DNA of 64,000 bases, taken from positions 18,608 through 82,607 of the forward strand of contig JBMNCP010000026.1 of NCBI GenBank assembly GCA_049366795.1. The letters run 5' to 3'. A program made the translations under genes and the position numbers. The DNA comes from Desulfobacterales bacterium. Its GTDB lineage: Bacteria > Desulfobacterota > Desulfobacteria > Desulfobacterales > UBA5852. Numbering within the stretch: the stretch's first letter is position 1; every line of letters starts with the position of its first letter. Below, piece by piece: positions 1 through 9,161 of this stretch. The notes under the pieces are model-generated. The model saw nothing but the letters and a program-made list of their open reading frames with translations, had not been told where the DNA came from and did not search any database.

Positions 1-693
1 GCCGCCCACGTCGCAGATGAGAATGAGCTCCCCGGGATCGACGTGGCGGCTCCATTCGTCTTCATGCCGGACGAGCCAGCTGTAAAATGCGGCCAGCGGC
101 TCCTCGAGCAGGGTGACGCGCCGGTAGCCGGCCATCCTTGCCGCCGACAAGGTCAGTTCCCGGGCCACCTCGTCAAACGAGGCCGGAACCGTCAGGACGA
201 CCGTCTGATCCTCGAGAAAGCCCTCCTCACGATCGCCGAGGCCGGCGTTCCACGCCTGCCGCATGTGGGAAAGATAGGCTGCGGTCGCCTCCACCGGCGA
301 CACTTTCTTGACCTCGTCCGCCGATCCCCAGGGAAGGATGCGGGCATTCCGGTCCACGTTGCCGTGACAGATCCAGCTTTTGGCCGAAGCCACCAGCCGC
401 GCCGGGACGCGCGCGCCCTGTTCCCTGGCGAATTCGCCGGCGAAATGGTCCTCGCGGGTCGGCCAGGGATGTCGGATGCTCCCGGGATCGAGGTCGTACT
501 CCCCGGGAATGTAGAGAAAGGACGGCAGAACCGGCAGCGGGACGAATTCCCCCGGGCCGGTCAACTGCGGGATCCTGAAGCTGGTGATCGGGGGCCGGTC
601 GGCGGTGTCGATCGCGAGATCCACGTACGCAACCGCCGAATTCGTGGTGCCCAGGTCGATGCCGATGATGTAAGGTCGTTCAAGGATATCCAA
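1..693 (-). CDS. Hsp70-family ATPase (atypical DnaK/HscC-like paralogue); C-terminal part lies outside the window
   Basis: Absent from the ORF track because it has a TTG start (691-693) and is truncated by the window edge. My reverse translation reads LDILERPYIIGIDLGTTNSAVAY...VLTVPASFDE...LLEEPLAAFYSW...LICDVGG, which covers the Hsp70 phosphate-1 and phosphate-2 motifs. It starts 4 nt after the stop of the upstream Hsp70 gene. Confidence 0.8.
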   Translation of the reverse strand, partial: MDILERPYIIGIDLGTTNSAVAYVDLAIDTADRPPITSFRIPQLTGPGEFVPLPVLPSFLYIPGEYDLDPGSIRHPWPTREDHFAGEFAREQGARVPARLVASAKSWICHGNVDRNARILPWGSADEVKKVSPVEATAAYLSHMRQAWNAGLGDREEGFLEDQTVVLTVPASFDEVARELTLSAARMAGYRRVTLLEEPLAAFYSWLVRHEDEWSRHVDPGELILICDVGG

Positions 694-697
694 CGGG

Positions 698-2515
698 CTA
701 TGACTCCCTCACGTTGAATTCGAGCTTCCACCGGCGCCCGTCGATGCTCGATACGCACCACAGCTCGAGCGTGCCGATCTCGGTCACCTTGAGCTCGAGG
801 GTCACCGGAATGGCATCGCCCTTTTCGCCTTCGAGAGTGGTCTCCAGCGCCGCGACCGGTTCTATCTCCCCTTCCCAGTCCTCCACCACCGTGCCCACGG
901 CATCGGACTGCCGGGTCGTCGAGCCGAGGAATTCGAAAGCGGCGGGCTCGCCCACAGTGAGAACGAACTCCCGGCCGCTGATATCCGCGGTGGTGCCCTC
1001 CTCCATTCCGAAGGGCGCGACGCAAAGCGCCTTGGTGGGGGATGGAATTCCCGGAACGGCCGGCATGGAAGCGGCAACGCCGATGTAATAGGATCGCCCC
1101 AGGCCGCCGCGAATGCGGATGCCCCTGCCCTTCCGGGCCAATCCGTAATAAGCGGCTCCCCTGGCAACCGAGAGATCGAAATCCGATGCTTCCAGTTCCC
1201 GAATCGATTCTTGGGTGTCGGGACCGGCCCACTCGCCGAGTATGTCGAGGATCCGCTTTCTCAACATAGCGGCTTTCATGACCCCGCCGTTGAAAAGAAC
1301 GGCCGCGGGGGACCGCGGGCTCCCGTCCTCGTCGCGCCGGTTCAGGAAGGCGGACAGATGGCGGGTCACCGCCGGGTCGGATTCATAGGCGAGACCGAAC
1401 TCCCGGATACCGGCCCGCTTCGCGTCCGCCGGACGGTCCTCGGGAGCGCACCTGGGGAAGAATCCGTCCCGGAGGATCGATTCGATCTGCTCCCGCCTCA
1501 GATCCACCGTTATCGCGCCTCCGATCAGACTGCTGCCGCGGCCCAGAAGGGTGACCGGTTGACGTTCGAGGGTCGGATCCGCCAGGAGGCGTTCCTTGGC
1601 CTCACGGCAGCTGTAGCGCAGGCCGTTCATCTGCCAGGAGTCCAGACGTTTGCCCTTTTTGGCCAGGTCCTGGGCGAGAGCGTAAGCCAGCGCGAGGTCC
1701 ATGTTGTCGCCCCCGACCAGCAGGTGGTTGCCGACGGCGATCCGCTCCAGGCTCAGGTCGCCGTCCTCGTCGCCGATGCGGATCAGGCTGAAGTCGCTGG
1801 TGCCGCCTCCGACATCGCATACCAGAACCCGTTCGCCCGGGTTGACGGCCTTGCGCCATCGATCCCCCGAAAACGCTATCCAGGAGTAGAAGGCCGCCTG
1901 GGGCTCCTCCAGAAGCGTCACGTGCGTCAGGCCGGCCATCTCCGCCGCGGCCACGGTGAGCTCCCGCGCCACGGCATCGAAGGAGGCGGGGACCGTGAGC
2001 AGAATCTCCTGGGATTCCATCCTCAGGCCGGGGTCGAGCCCGGCGCCCGACCGTGCCATGACATGGTTCCAGGCATCCCGAATGTGGATCAGGATGGCGG
2101 CGGAAGCCTCGACCGGGGAGAGCTTTCGCCCTTCCGGCGCGGGGTTTTCCGCACCTTTCCACGGCAGAATGGGCGCCTTCCGGTCCACCATCGGGTTGCA
2201 CAGCCATGACTTGGCCGAGGAGATCAAGCGATGCGGAATTTCGGCCCCCCGGTTTCTGGCATACACGCCGACCGCCTTGTCGTTCGATGCGTCCCAGGGC
2301 AGCCCGAGTGCGCCCTCCGTCACGTCGTAGGCCTCCGGCAGGAGCACGAACGACGGCAGGACCGGCCGATGCTCGACGGCGCCCGCGTCGACCAGTTGAG
2401 GAATCTCGAATACGCGGATATCGGGCGGGTCCGCATTGGAAGCCGTCTCTGTATAGGCAACGACGCTGTTGGTCGTCCCCAGGTCGATGCCGATGATATA
2501 TAAAGGTTCCGCCAT
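698..2515 (-). CDS. Hsp70-family ATPase (atypical DnaK/HscC-like paralogue)
   Basis: 605-aa ORF containing IIGIDLGTTNSVVAY, LTVPASFD, LLEEPQAAFYSW and VCDVGGGTSDFSLI, which are actin-like ATPase motifs of Hsp70. Confidence 0.9.
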   Translation of the reverse strand: MAEPLYIIGIDLGTTNSVVAYTETASNADPPDIRVFEIPQLVDAGAVEHRPVLPSFVLLPEAYDVTEGALGLPWDASNDKAVGVYARNRGAEIPHRLISSAKSWLCNPMVDRKAPILPWKGAENPAPEGRKLSPVEASAAILIHIRDAWNHVMARSGAGLDPGLRMESQEILLTVPASFDAVARELTVAAAEMAGLTHVTLLEEPQAAFYSWIAFSGDRWRKAVNPGERVLVCDVGGGTSDFSLIRIGDEDGDLSLERIAVGNHLLVGGDNMDLALAYALAQDLAKKGKRLDSWQMNGLRYSCREAKERLLADPTLERQPVTLLGRGSSLIGGAITVDLRREQIESILRDGFFPRCAPEDRPADAKRAGIREFGLAYESDPAVTRHLSAFLNRRDEDGSPRSPAAVLFNGGVMKAAMLRKRILDILGEWAGPDTQESIRELEASDFDLSVARGAAYYGLARKGRGIRIRGGLGRSYYIGVAASMPAVPGIPSPTKALCVAPFGMEEGTTADISGREFVLTVGEPAAFEFLGSTTRQSDAVGTVVEDWEGEIEPVAALETTLEGEKGDAIPVTLELKVTEIGTLELWCVSSIDGRRWKLEFNVRES

Positions 2516-2578
2516 GATTCTCCTTCCAAAAGGTTTGTTGCCTTGAAACTTCGAACCCTTGGCCCATGACTCCTGGAG

Positions 2579-3337
2579 TTAACGAACCTCGATTTCGGCA
2601 GGGGCGATCAGGCCCGGGTCCTGCCGGCCGGAAAAACTCGGCAGCTCGATTTTGCGCGCCTTCCATCCGCGGTGCCGCACGGTTCCACGGAAAGGAGGCG
2701 ATCCGGTCACGTTCCCTGAAAGCTTCATGCGGTTGGGATCGAAATCCTTGTCCACGGTCACTTCCTGCCCCTCCGCCTCGGCAATCACCGCTTCGGGTGC
2801 GAGGTACTTCTCGAGCGTCCGACGGCCGCTGTCGTGAATGCTGCGCACCGCCGCGCCGATCTGGGCGTCTTCATAGGCGGACAGATCCTCGGAGAAGAAG
2901 TCGAGAAGCCGCGCCTCCCGCTGCAGAACCGATATCAGGTAGAGAAAAAGCCGCTTGTCCGGCTCCACCGGCTCCTGGATGGTTTCGGCCGCCTTCGGTT
3001 TCGCGGAAGGGGCTTTGACCCTGCGTTCCAGCAGCGGCAGGACCCGACGGCGAAAATGACGCCGTGACATACCCCACAGGATCAGACCCAGCAGCAGGAA
3101 AATCACCACGACAGCAGGAAGGAACATCGTGAGGAAGGCGGACCGAAGCCCGGCCACCCACTGCGCGAACAAGGCGATTTCGGGCGGCGCCTCAGCGATG
3201 CCCGCCAGCACCATCGTTTTCGCCGAGAGAAGGCGCAACCCCCAGTAGGCCGCACCGGCCACGACCGAGGCCGAAACGGCCATGACGAACAGCACCCTGG
3301 CCAGCTCGCTCCTGGAAAAAATTTTGAACGCTTCCAT
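2579..3337 (-). CDS. DUF2760-like membrane protein (usual partner of paired atypical Hsp70 genes)
   Basis: I chose the internal Met (MEAFKIFSR) because a GGAG RBS sits 7 nt upstream. The protein has two hydrophobic helices followed by a soluble C-terminal domain. The family assignment is from memory of DUF2760 sequences. Confidence 0.65.
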   Translation of the reverse strand: MEAFKIFSRSELARVLFVMAVSASVVAGAAYWGLRLLSAKTMVLAGIAEAPPEIALFAQWVAGLRSAFLTMFLPAVVVIFLLLGLILWGMSRRHFRRRVLPLLERRVKAPSAKPKAAETIQEPVEPDKRLFLYLISVLQREARLLDFFSEDLSAYEDAQIGAAVRSIHDSGRRTLEKYLAPEAVIAEAEGQEVTVDKDFDPNRMKLSGNVTGSPPFRGTVRHRGWKARKIELPSFSGRQDPGLIAPAEIEVR

Positions 3338-3691
3338 GCCGCTATTCTCCTTCGTGTCGATCGTGTTGGATCCCGCCGGATTCGCAGGGCCCGCGTTATA
3401 GTCCTTCGTCCCCGTCATTTCAACCGAGGCGGCAACATCTGCCTGAGTTCTCCACTTGAAGTGGTGGATTTTATCCGGATCAGACCGAAAGTCACAATAA
3501 TCCGGCTGAAAATGCCTGTCAAAAAACATCGTGCCGGGGTTGCCGAACTTGCACCGGCGGATAATGATGCTGAACTTTCTCCAAAAGCGGATGCCTTGGC
3601 GTTCAACACCACCCTGGCCCTCTTGCGGTTTCAGGGTTGTAATTCAGACCGGTCGATGGATCGGGTTCAAAGAACCGTGTGGAGTATTTCC

Positions 3692-3889
3692 ATGGATGTT
3701 TTGCTGGTCGCGATCATCGTAGGCCTCGCGGTCGCCTTCTCCGTGCGGGGCGCGGTGCGGGCTCTTTCCGGAAACAGGGAAGACCCTTGCGGATGTGGAT
3801 GCAAAGCCTGCGGGCAGGCCTCCACCTGCATCGAGCTGAAGAAGCGGGAGCCCGGGGAGAGAGATCTGCCCGTCGCCGGGCCCCATTAA
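3692..3889 (+). CDS. small Cys-rich membrane peptide (FeoB-associated Cys-rich protein-like)
   Basis: MDVLLVAIIVGLAVAFSV forms a TM helix and is followed by PCGCGCKACGQASTC. A GGAG RBS lies upstream. No feoB gene is nearby. Confidence 0.5.
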   Translation: MDVLLVAIIVGLAVAFSVRGAVRALSGNREDPCGCGCKACGQASTCIELKKREPGERDLPVAGPH

Positions 3890-3924
3890 AGCTCAGGCAC
3901 GCTGCCGGGAAAGGCGGGATCGCG

Positions 3925-4806
3925 TCAGAAGCGCCCCATGGGGTCGGCGATGTGGCCCACCCAGATGTCCGCGAAGGCGTCGAATTCGGCGGTGCCTTTC
4001 AAAACGACTTCGCACGCGAACCCCGCCGCCGTCAGCACGCTCATCCATGAGTCCGGCTCCTCTCCGGCCAGGTCGTTCTTGGCGTGGTCTCCGGCAACGG
4101 ACATGAACGGCATCAAGTAGACCTTCCGGATCCGGTTCTCATTCAGCATCGTCTGGATGTCGCCGATCTCAGGGTATCCCTCCACGCAGCCGATGAAGAT
4201 GTTCGGGTCCCTCCGCTGGACCTGGAACATGAGGGCCGCGTAAAAAGCATTGGACGGATGGTGGGTGCCGTGCCCCATGAGAACGACCGCCTCGTCTTTT
4301 TTGCGCTGCGCGGGGATCAGCGCCAATATGCCTTCCACGGCCCGTTCCATATCTTCCTGGGTGGCCAGCAGAGGATTCCCCAGGAGCACACGCTCCATTT
4401 CGCCCATCATCTGGAAGGCCGTCACGGTTCTGCGCAAGTCATGAAACTCCTTCCCCGCGATGGTGTGAAGGGATTGGACGGCGACATGGGTGAATCCTTC
4501 GTCCTGCATCCTGGCGAGGGCCACTTCCGGCGAGTCCAGCTGCCGGCCCTGCCCGGCCAGCTTCCTGCGAATGATGGATGAGGTGTAGGCCCACCGGACC
4601 GGTACGTCGGGATAGGCGGACATCACCTTCCTTTCGATGTTGTCGAACGAAACCTGCGCGCTCGCCTCACTGGAGCCGAAGGCGACCAACAGGATGCCCG
4701 TCTTTCGGGTTTTCTCCTTTCCGTGAGCGGCGGCCCAGGCAACCGAGGCGAACAGGAAAATCAGGCCGAAAACCGCTAACAGCTTGCAGACATGTCGAAT
4801 CTTCAT
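3925..4806 (-). CDS. cbiK: sirohydrochlorin cobaltochelatase CbiK-type, with N-terminal signal peptide (periplasmic CbiK(P)-like)
   Basis: Start at MKIRHVCKLLAVFGLIFLFASVAWAAAHG (signal-peptide-like), preceded by an AAGGAGAAG RBS. The sequence contains ILLVAFGSS...LMGHGTHH...MSVAGDHA, typical of CbiK. A B12 riboswitch lies upstream. Confidence 0.8.
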   Translation of the reverse strand: MKIRHVCKLLAVFGLIFLFASVAWAAAHGKEKTRKTGILLVAFGSSEASAQVSFDNIERKVMSAYPDVPVRWAYTSSIIRRKLAGQGRQLDSPEVALARMQDEGFTHVAVQSLHTIAGKEFHDLRRTVTAFQMMGEMERVLLGNPLLATQEDMERAVEGILALIPAQRKKDEAVVLMGHGTHHPSNAFYAALMFQVQRRDPNIFIGCVEGYPEIGDIQTMLNENRIRKVYLMPFMSVAGDHAKNDLAGEEPDSWMSVLTAAGFACEVVLKGTAEFDAFADIWVGHIADPMGRF

Positions 4807-4843
4807 CTCTTCTCCTTTCAGCTGTCGTGTGCCGTGCATTCGC

Positions 4844-4882
4844 AAAAAAATACCCCCCAAACCGCAACGGCGGCATGGAGGG
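4844..4882 (-). terminator. intrinsic terminator (expression platform of the cobalamin riboswitch)
   Basis: The minus strand reads CCCUCC-AUG-CCGC-CGUU-GCGG-UUU-GGGGGG followed by UAUUUUUUU. It lies about 38 nt before the cbiK start codon. Confidence 0.6.
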
Positions 4883-4981
4883 CTGCACCCAGCTCTCTTG
4901 GCCCTGCAACAATGTCCGTCAACGACGGATGCGAACAGATCCATCGATGCGGGCAAGCTGCCGTATCACCGCGGCGGATAT

Positions 4982-5152
4982 GGCGAGGCAGGTCTTCTGA
5001 CTTCCGGATCGACCGATCAGCCCGCGCCTTCCCTTCCCGCTTGGACGTGGGAAAGTGACGTGATGCAGGCGTCGTCCCCGGTTACAGCGGCGGGACCGTT
5101 CCCGAATTTCACGGGATTCCCTATTGAGCCCTGGGGGCACCTCTGCCCTTTG
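4982..5152 (-). promoter_or_regulatory. cobalamin (B12) riboswitch
   Basis: The minus strand reads ...GGUGCCCCCAGGGCUCAAUAGGGAAUCCCGUGAAAUUCGGGAACGGUCCCGCCGCUGUAACCGGGGACGA...GGGAAGGGAAGG...GAAGUCAGAAGACCUGCC. The AAUAGGGAA / GUGAAAUUC / CCCGCCGCUGUAA core (5101-5125 region) and the B12 box AGUCAGAAGACCUGCC (4987-5002) match the conserved cobalamin riboswitch elements. Confidence 0.85.
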
Positions 5153-5212
5153 TCTGGAGCATATCCAGAAATTAGTCAACGGGAAAATACCGATGGCGGC
5201 TTCTGCCGTTGC

Positions 5213-5434
5213 TTATTGTTCGCAGCTTCCCGCCATCTCGGTTGCCCAGTATTCCGGAGTCTTGGAATAGCGGGCATCCTCGAGCTTCACACACTCGACG
5301 GAATCCTTAAGCGGCTCGTAGATGTAACGCTTTCCGCAGCCGGAGCACGCCCGATACCGGGGTTTGTAGGCGCCGTCCCATTCAATCTGCTCCTCGAATT
5401 CGCAGTAAGGGCACTTCAAATCAAGGGTTCTCAT
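5213..5434 (-). CDS. small zinc-ribbon protein (2x CxxC), function unknown
   Basis: 73 aa with CPYC...CSGC and a strong GGAGGAAA RBS. Confidence 0.6.
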   Translation of the reverse strand: MRTLDLKCPYCEFEEQIEWDGAYKPRYRACSGCGKRYIYEPLKDSVECVKLEDARYSKTPEYWATEMAGSCEQ

Positions 5435-5613
5435 CGTTTCCTCCTGTTGGCTGCCGGGGTGAGCGGTTTGAAAGTCAACGGGGGCCCATTCACTTTCCCG
5501 TGAAAGAACCTCAAAGATTAACCGCTCGGCTCGTTATACTTTTCCACTACTGGTATAGAGCTTGATTTATGGGAATGGTTTCACAAAATCCACCGGCTGA
5601 TAAGGACCCGCGC

Positions 5614-7692
5614 TCAGGTTACCTTGACGACGACACACGTCATGTCATCTTCCTTGTCGCTTGCCCGGAATTCCTCGACGGCGTTGATGACCGCCAGGGC
5701 GATGTCTTTCGCCGTTGCCCCGGCATGCTCCCGTATGAGGTGATTGACCCGCTCTTTGCCGAAAATCTCACCGTCTTCGTTCCTTGTTTCCCAGATGCCG
5801 TCGGTTCCGAGGAACAGGATCTGCCCCTTTCGGATCGACACGGATCGCTCCTCGAATTCGGCGTCTTCCGCAACGCCCAGGGGAATTCCTCGACCATCCA
5901 TCGTGTGAAAGGTGTCGCTGTATGAATCGTAGAGCATTCCCGGATCATGCCCGGCCCGCACCCAGTGCATTTCCCCGGCCTCGGCATTCAGACGAACCAG
6001 CAGGAGCGTCATGAAGTTCCCGGATTTGACGACATCCTGGGCGAAAACCCTGTTTACGCTCTCGACGATCTCGTTCAGACGGCCGGGGGTCAGGGACCGC
6101 ATCCGGATCGCCGATCGCACCGAGGCCATCAACAGCGCCGACGACAGTCCGTGACCCGAAACATCCCCGATCACGACGCACAGCTGGCGGTCCAGGGGCT
6201 TGTTGCAGAGGTAGTCGAAGTAGTCGCCGCCGGCCATCTCGCTGTAAAGCGTCAGACCGAAGACATCGAAATCTACCGACGGCAGCGGATCCGGCAGGAG
6301 GTGGCTCTGGATCTCGGAGGCGACTTCGATGGATCGTCTGGTTTGATATGCCTGTTCGAGCTTGGGTCCGATGTCGTTGATCACGTCCGCGAGTTTGGCG
6401 ATCTCGTCCTTCGACGTCACCTCCACGCGTGTCTTCAGGTTGCCGTCGGCGAGATCCTGGGCGGCCCGGGTGATCTTTTCCAGAGGCCGCGTGATGGCGC
6501 GGGAGAAGAGAACGGCCGCGACCGCGCCGATAGCCGCCAGAAACAGAAGAAAGACGGCGGTGTAGATTTCAACGGTTCTCGTCCGGCGGCCGATGGAGGC
6601 GATCATCGCGTCGACCGGGTCTGAAGCGCCGGACCGGGGCAGGGTCAGGATGAGGGCGGTACCCTGGTGCGGCAGAGGGTGACATATCCAGAAAAAGTCC
6701 CCCGAGCCGGTGTTGACCGAGCGGACATTCGGACGCTGGAGCAAAAAGTCTTCCAGCACTTCCGGGTACTGCGTCTGCTGCCGGAACCATGAACGATCCA
6801 CGAAGGTCTCCCCGGCGCTCGCGGGCTTCCCGGGGGGCAGACCGGCAACGACCCGGATGCCGACTTCCCCGGCCGATGGCCGCCATTCGAGGCTTCCGAT
6901 AAACGCATCCGCCCCTTGCGGAAGGGTGCTCTCATCCACCACGGCGTGAAACAGCGATTCGAGGGATACGATCAGGCCGGCCACCCCGCGGACGATGCCT
7001 TCGTCGCTGTCGGGGTCGTGCGTAATGGGATAGGACAGGGCGATCGCCATATCCCCTGTCGCAGCATCGACGTAGGGCCGGGACCAGTAGGAGATCTTTT
7101 CATCCATGGCGGTCCGAAACCACGTGCTCGATTCCGCGTCGACCGGATCCCAGGAACCGGCCGGACAGGGATGGGAGACCCCGATGCCGCCGGGCAGCCA
7201 GGCCATCTGACGGAGCACCAGTGCCCCCAGGTGTCCGGATATCACCCGATAGGTTTCCATCATGGAGTTCAGTTCCTGGAGCTGACCTGTTCCGGGTCCC
7301 GTCCCGGATGGGGACATCGAGATCAGACAGTCTCCAGGAAATCCCAATGCGGAGATGCGAACGGGTCCGACGCTTTCCGGCGGGAAAGGAGACGGCTCCG
7401 GCAACGATGGATCGATATCGGAAGCATGTTTGAAGGAAAAAGTCCGTGTGGCGTGCGCCTGCAGAACCATCGCCATTTCGAGCTGAGCGACGATCTGATG
7501 CAGCAGGCTCCCGTGCATGCCGAGAAGCTCCTGAGTCCTCAGCCGGCTCAGGTCCACGGCGTTCTGGCGGGCCTGCTCGGCCAGCTCCGCGCCGATCCGC
7601 CTGACATTGTGGATCCCGAAGGTGCGCAGCAGCACGATGGGAAGGATGGACAGGCAAAGCAAAAGGATCAACAGTTTCCAGCGGAAGCGCAT
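5614..7692 (-). CDS. membrane sensor PP2C/SpoIIE-family protein phosphatase with extracytoplasmic sensor domain and HAMP
   Basis: N-terminal TM helix, a second TM helix, HAMP (ITRPLEKITRAAQDLADGNLKTRVEV), then GGDYFDY...VVIGDVSGHGLSSALLMA...LGTDGIWE...DDMTCVVVKV. I chose the Met at 7692 because GGAGG sits 5 nt upstream. The track start at 7704 is also possible. Confidence 0.85.
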   Translation of the reverse strand: MRFRWKLLILLLCLSILPIVLLRTFGIHNVRRIGAELAEQARQNAVDLSRLRTQELLGMHGSLLHQIVAQLEMAMVLQAHATRTFSFKHASDIDPSLPEPSPFPPESVGPVRISALGFPGDCLISMSPSGTGPGTGQLQELNSMMETYRVISGHLGALVLRQMAWLPGGIGVSHPCPAGSWDPVDAESSTWFRTAMDEKISYWSRPYVDAATGDMAIALSYPITHDPDSDEGIVRGVAGLIVSLESLFHAVVDESTLPQGADAFIGSLEWRPSAGEVGIRVVAGLPPGKPASAGETFVDRSWFRQQTQYPEVLEDFLLQRPNVRSVNTGSGDFFWICHPLPHQGTALILTLPRSGASDPVDAMIASIGRRTRTVEIYTAVFLLFLAAIGAVAAVLFSRAITRPLEKITRAAQDLADGNLKTRVEVTSKDEIAKLADVINDIGPKLEQAYQTRRSIEVASEIQSHLLPDPLPSVDFDVFGLTLYSEMAGGDYFDYLCNKPLDRQLCVVIGDVSGHGLSSALLMASVRSAIRMRSLTPGRLNEIVESVNRVFAQDVVKSGNFMTLLLVRLNAEAGEMHWVRAGHDPGMLYDSYSDTFHTMDGRGIPLGVAEDAEFEERSVSIRKGQILFLGTDGIWETRNEDGEIFGKERVNHLIREHAGATAKDIALAVINAVEEFRASDKEDDMTCVVVKVT

Positions 7693-7895
7693 GGCGGCCT
7701 CCATAATACATCACCGCCGGACTCTCCGGCATACCGGTGACTCGAGATCGCGAGATTTTGATCATATTCTCATATGTCGATAAGCCGTGAGGAACAGGGT
7801 GTCAAGCCGCGATGTTTCCCGGCCACCGAATTCGACCGGTCGCAAGGGTTTGAGCGGACGACGAAGCGAGAGACAACGGGCGGCGGACCTCCCTT

Positions 7896-7941
7896 AAAAA
7901 AAACGGAGCGGCAGCGGCCGATGGCGTGCCGCTGCCGCTCC
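7896..7941 (-). terminator. rho-independent terminator ending the tusA-hdr-dsrE operon
   Basis: Perfect 14-bp stem GGAGCGGCAGCGGC / GCCGCTGCCGCTCC with a 9-nt loop. On the minus strand it is followed by G plus eight U. Confidence 0.85.
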
Positions 7942-7984
7942 TGGGGAGAGATGGCGGTTTGAACCGACAAACCAGCTATCTCAT

Positions 7985-8686
7985 TCAGGCAAACAACACC
8001 CGCTCCATTCGAATACCGGCCTGGGCCATTTCTTCGTACAAGGCGGACAGCCTCGTATTGGCCACTTGCATCTGGCGGTCTCTCTGCGAATCGTCTTCGG
8101 TCGGAAAGCAGGCAAAACACCGCTGATACCGGGCGGTCTGTCCCAGGGAGGTCACCTCGAAATCGCCGCTGAGAAAGGTCTGGGACTGCTGGTAGTTCCC
8201 GAAATGCTCGACGGCCGGAATCAACTCCAGCGTCGCGGATGCCGACACCGGATGCCCCTCGCGGGCGAGATTCAGGTAGTCGTCGAGCGTCATCACCGAC
8301 GTGGTGACGCCTTCCAGATCGTCGAATTTCACGATCATGTCCGAAAGCGAAAACAGACGGGTCTCCACTGAGATGCCGGCGACCTGAAGCTTTTTGAGAT
8401 CCTTGACCAGGTATCGGTTGGCGATCATCACCGCCTGGGAAACGTGCGGGCAGAGGTTGTGCGAACAGCCCCTGGCATAGCACTTGCGGAACGAATAGGC
8501 TTCACCATCGACGGTCCCTTCGAAACGGCACATGAACACGTGGGCACGGTAGGGATGCTTCTTCTGCTGAAAATCCACCGGCACGATCTGAAAGGAAGGT
8601 CTGCAGTCCACCTTGGCTCCGGATAGACTCAGCTCCGTGAGGTCTGCGATTCGGTGAATGTTTCGACTTGCGGTTTGCTGTTCCAT
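7985..8686 (-). CDS. conserved-looking hypothetical protein with Cys/His motif (CYARGCSHNLCPH)
   Basis: 233-aa ORF and last gene of the operon, before a strong terminator. It carries a C-x4-C-x4-C-x-H motif (SWIM-like spacing) and a second Cys pair, CFAC. Confidence 0.6.
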   Translation of the reverse strand: MEQQTASRNIHRIADLTELSLSGAKVDCRPSFQIVPVDFQQKKHPYRAHVFMCRFEGTVDGEAYSFRKCYARGCSHNLCPHVSQAVMIANRYLVKDLKKLQVAGISVETRLFSLSDMIVKFDDLEGVTTSVMTLDDYLNLAREGHPVSASATLELIPAVEHFGNYQQSQTFLSGDFEVTSLGQTARYQRCFACFPTEDDSQRDRQMQVANTRLSALYEEMAQAGIRMERVLFA

Positions 8687-8752
8687 GGATACGCCCCTTC
8701 CCTTCGGGATCTTCCCGCCGGCGCATGGGCCGGATCGCCGTTTGCCGTGTGC

Positions 8753-9127
8753 TCAGTAAACAATCACCGCATCGGCCTGCATGGCCTGAAGGTTGACCTG
8801 CCCGGCGGCCGTGGTCTCGGCGCCTTCCAGCAGATCGGACTCCTCGATGCTGCGCTCCTTGATGCAGGGAACGCACACCAGGAGCTTGCCCCCGAGTTCG
8901 GTGAACTCGGAGATCAACTTTTTCATGGGCGGGAACCCTCCCCCGGACAGCATGTGGTCCACATAGCCCTTCTGGGCCAGGTAGACCCCATTGCCCTGAA
9001 GCACGATGGTGGCCTGGATGTCCATGGCCATGGCCGCGTTGGCCATGACAAAAGGCATCGCCGCCTTCTCCGGGTTTTCGCCTGCACAGGTTCCAAAGTA
9101 GAGAATCTTTTCTTCCTTTTCAGACAT
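8753..9127 (-). CDS. DsrE/DsrF-like sulfur-relay family protein
   Basis: 124 aa. The sequence ILYFGTCAGENPEKAAMPFVMANAAMAMD...LLVCVPC fits the DsrE-fold family pattern. Confidence 0.7.
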   Translation of the reverse strand: MSEKEEKILYFGTCAGENPEKAAMPFVMANAAMAMDIQATIVLQGNGVYLAQKGYVDHMLSGGGFPPMKKLISEFTELGGKLLVCVPCIKERSIEESDLLEGAETTAAGQVNLQAMQADAVIVY

Positions 9128-9161
9128 GTCGGGCTCTCCTCTCGAAATGTAATTTCAATCG

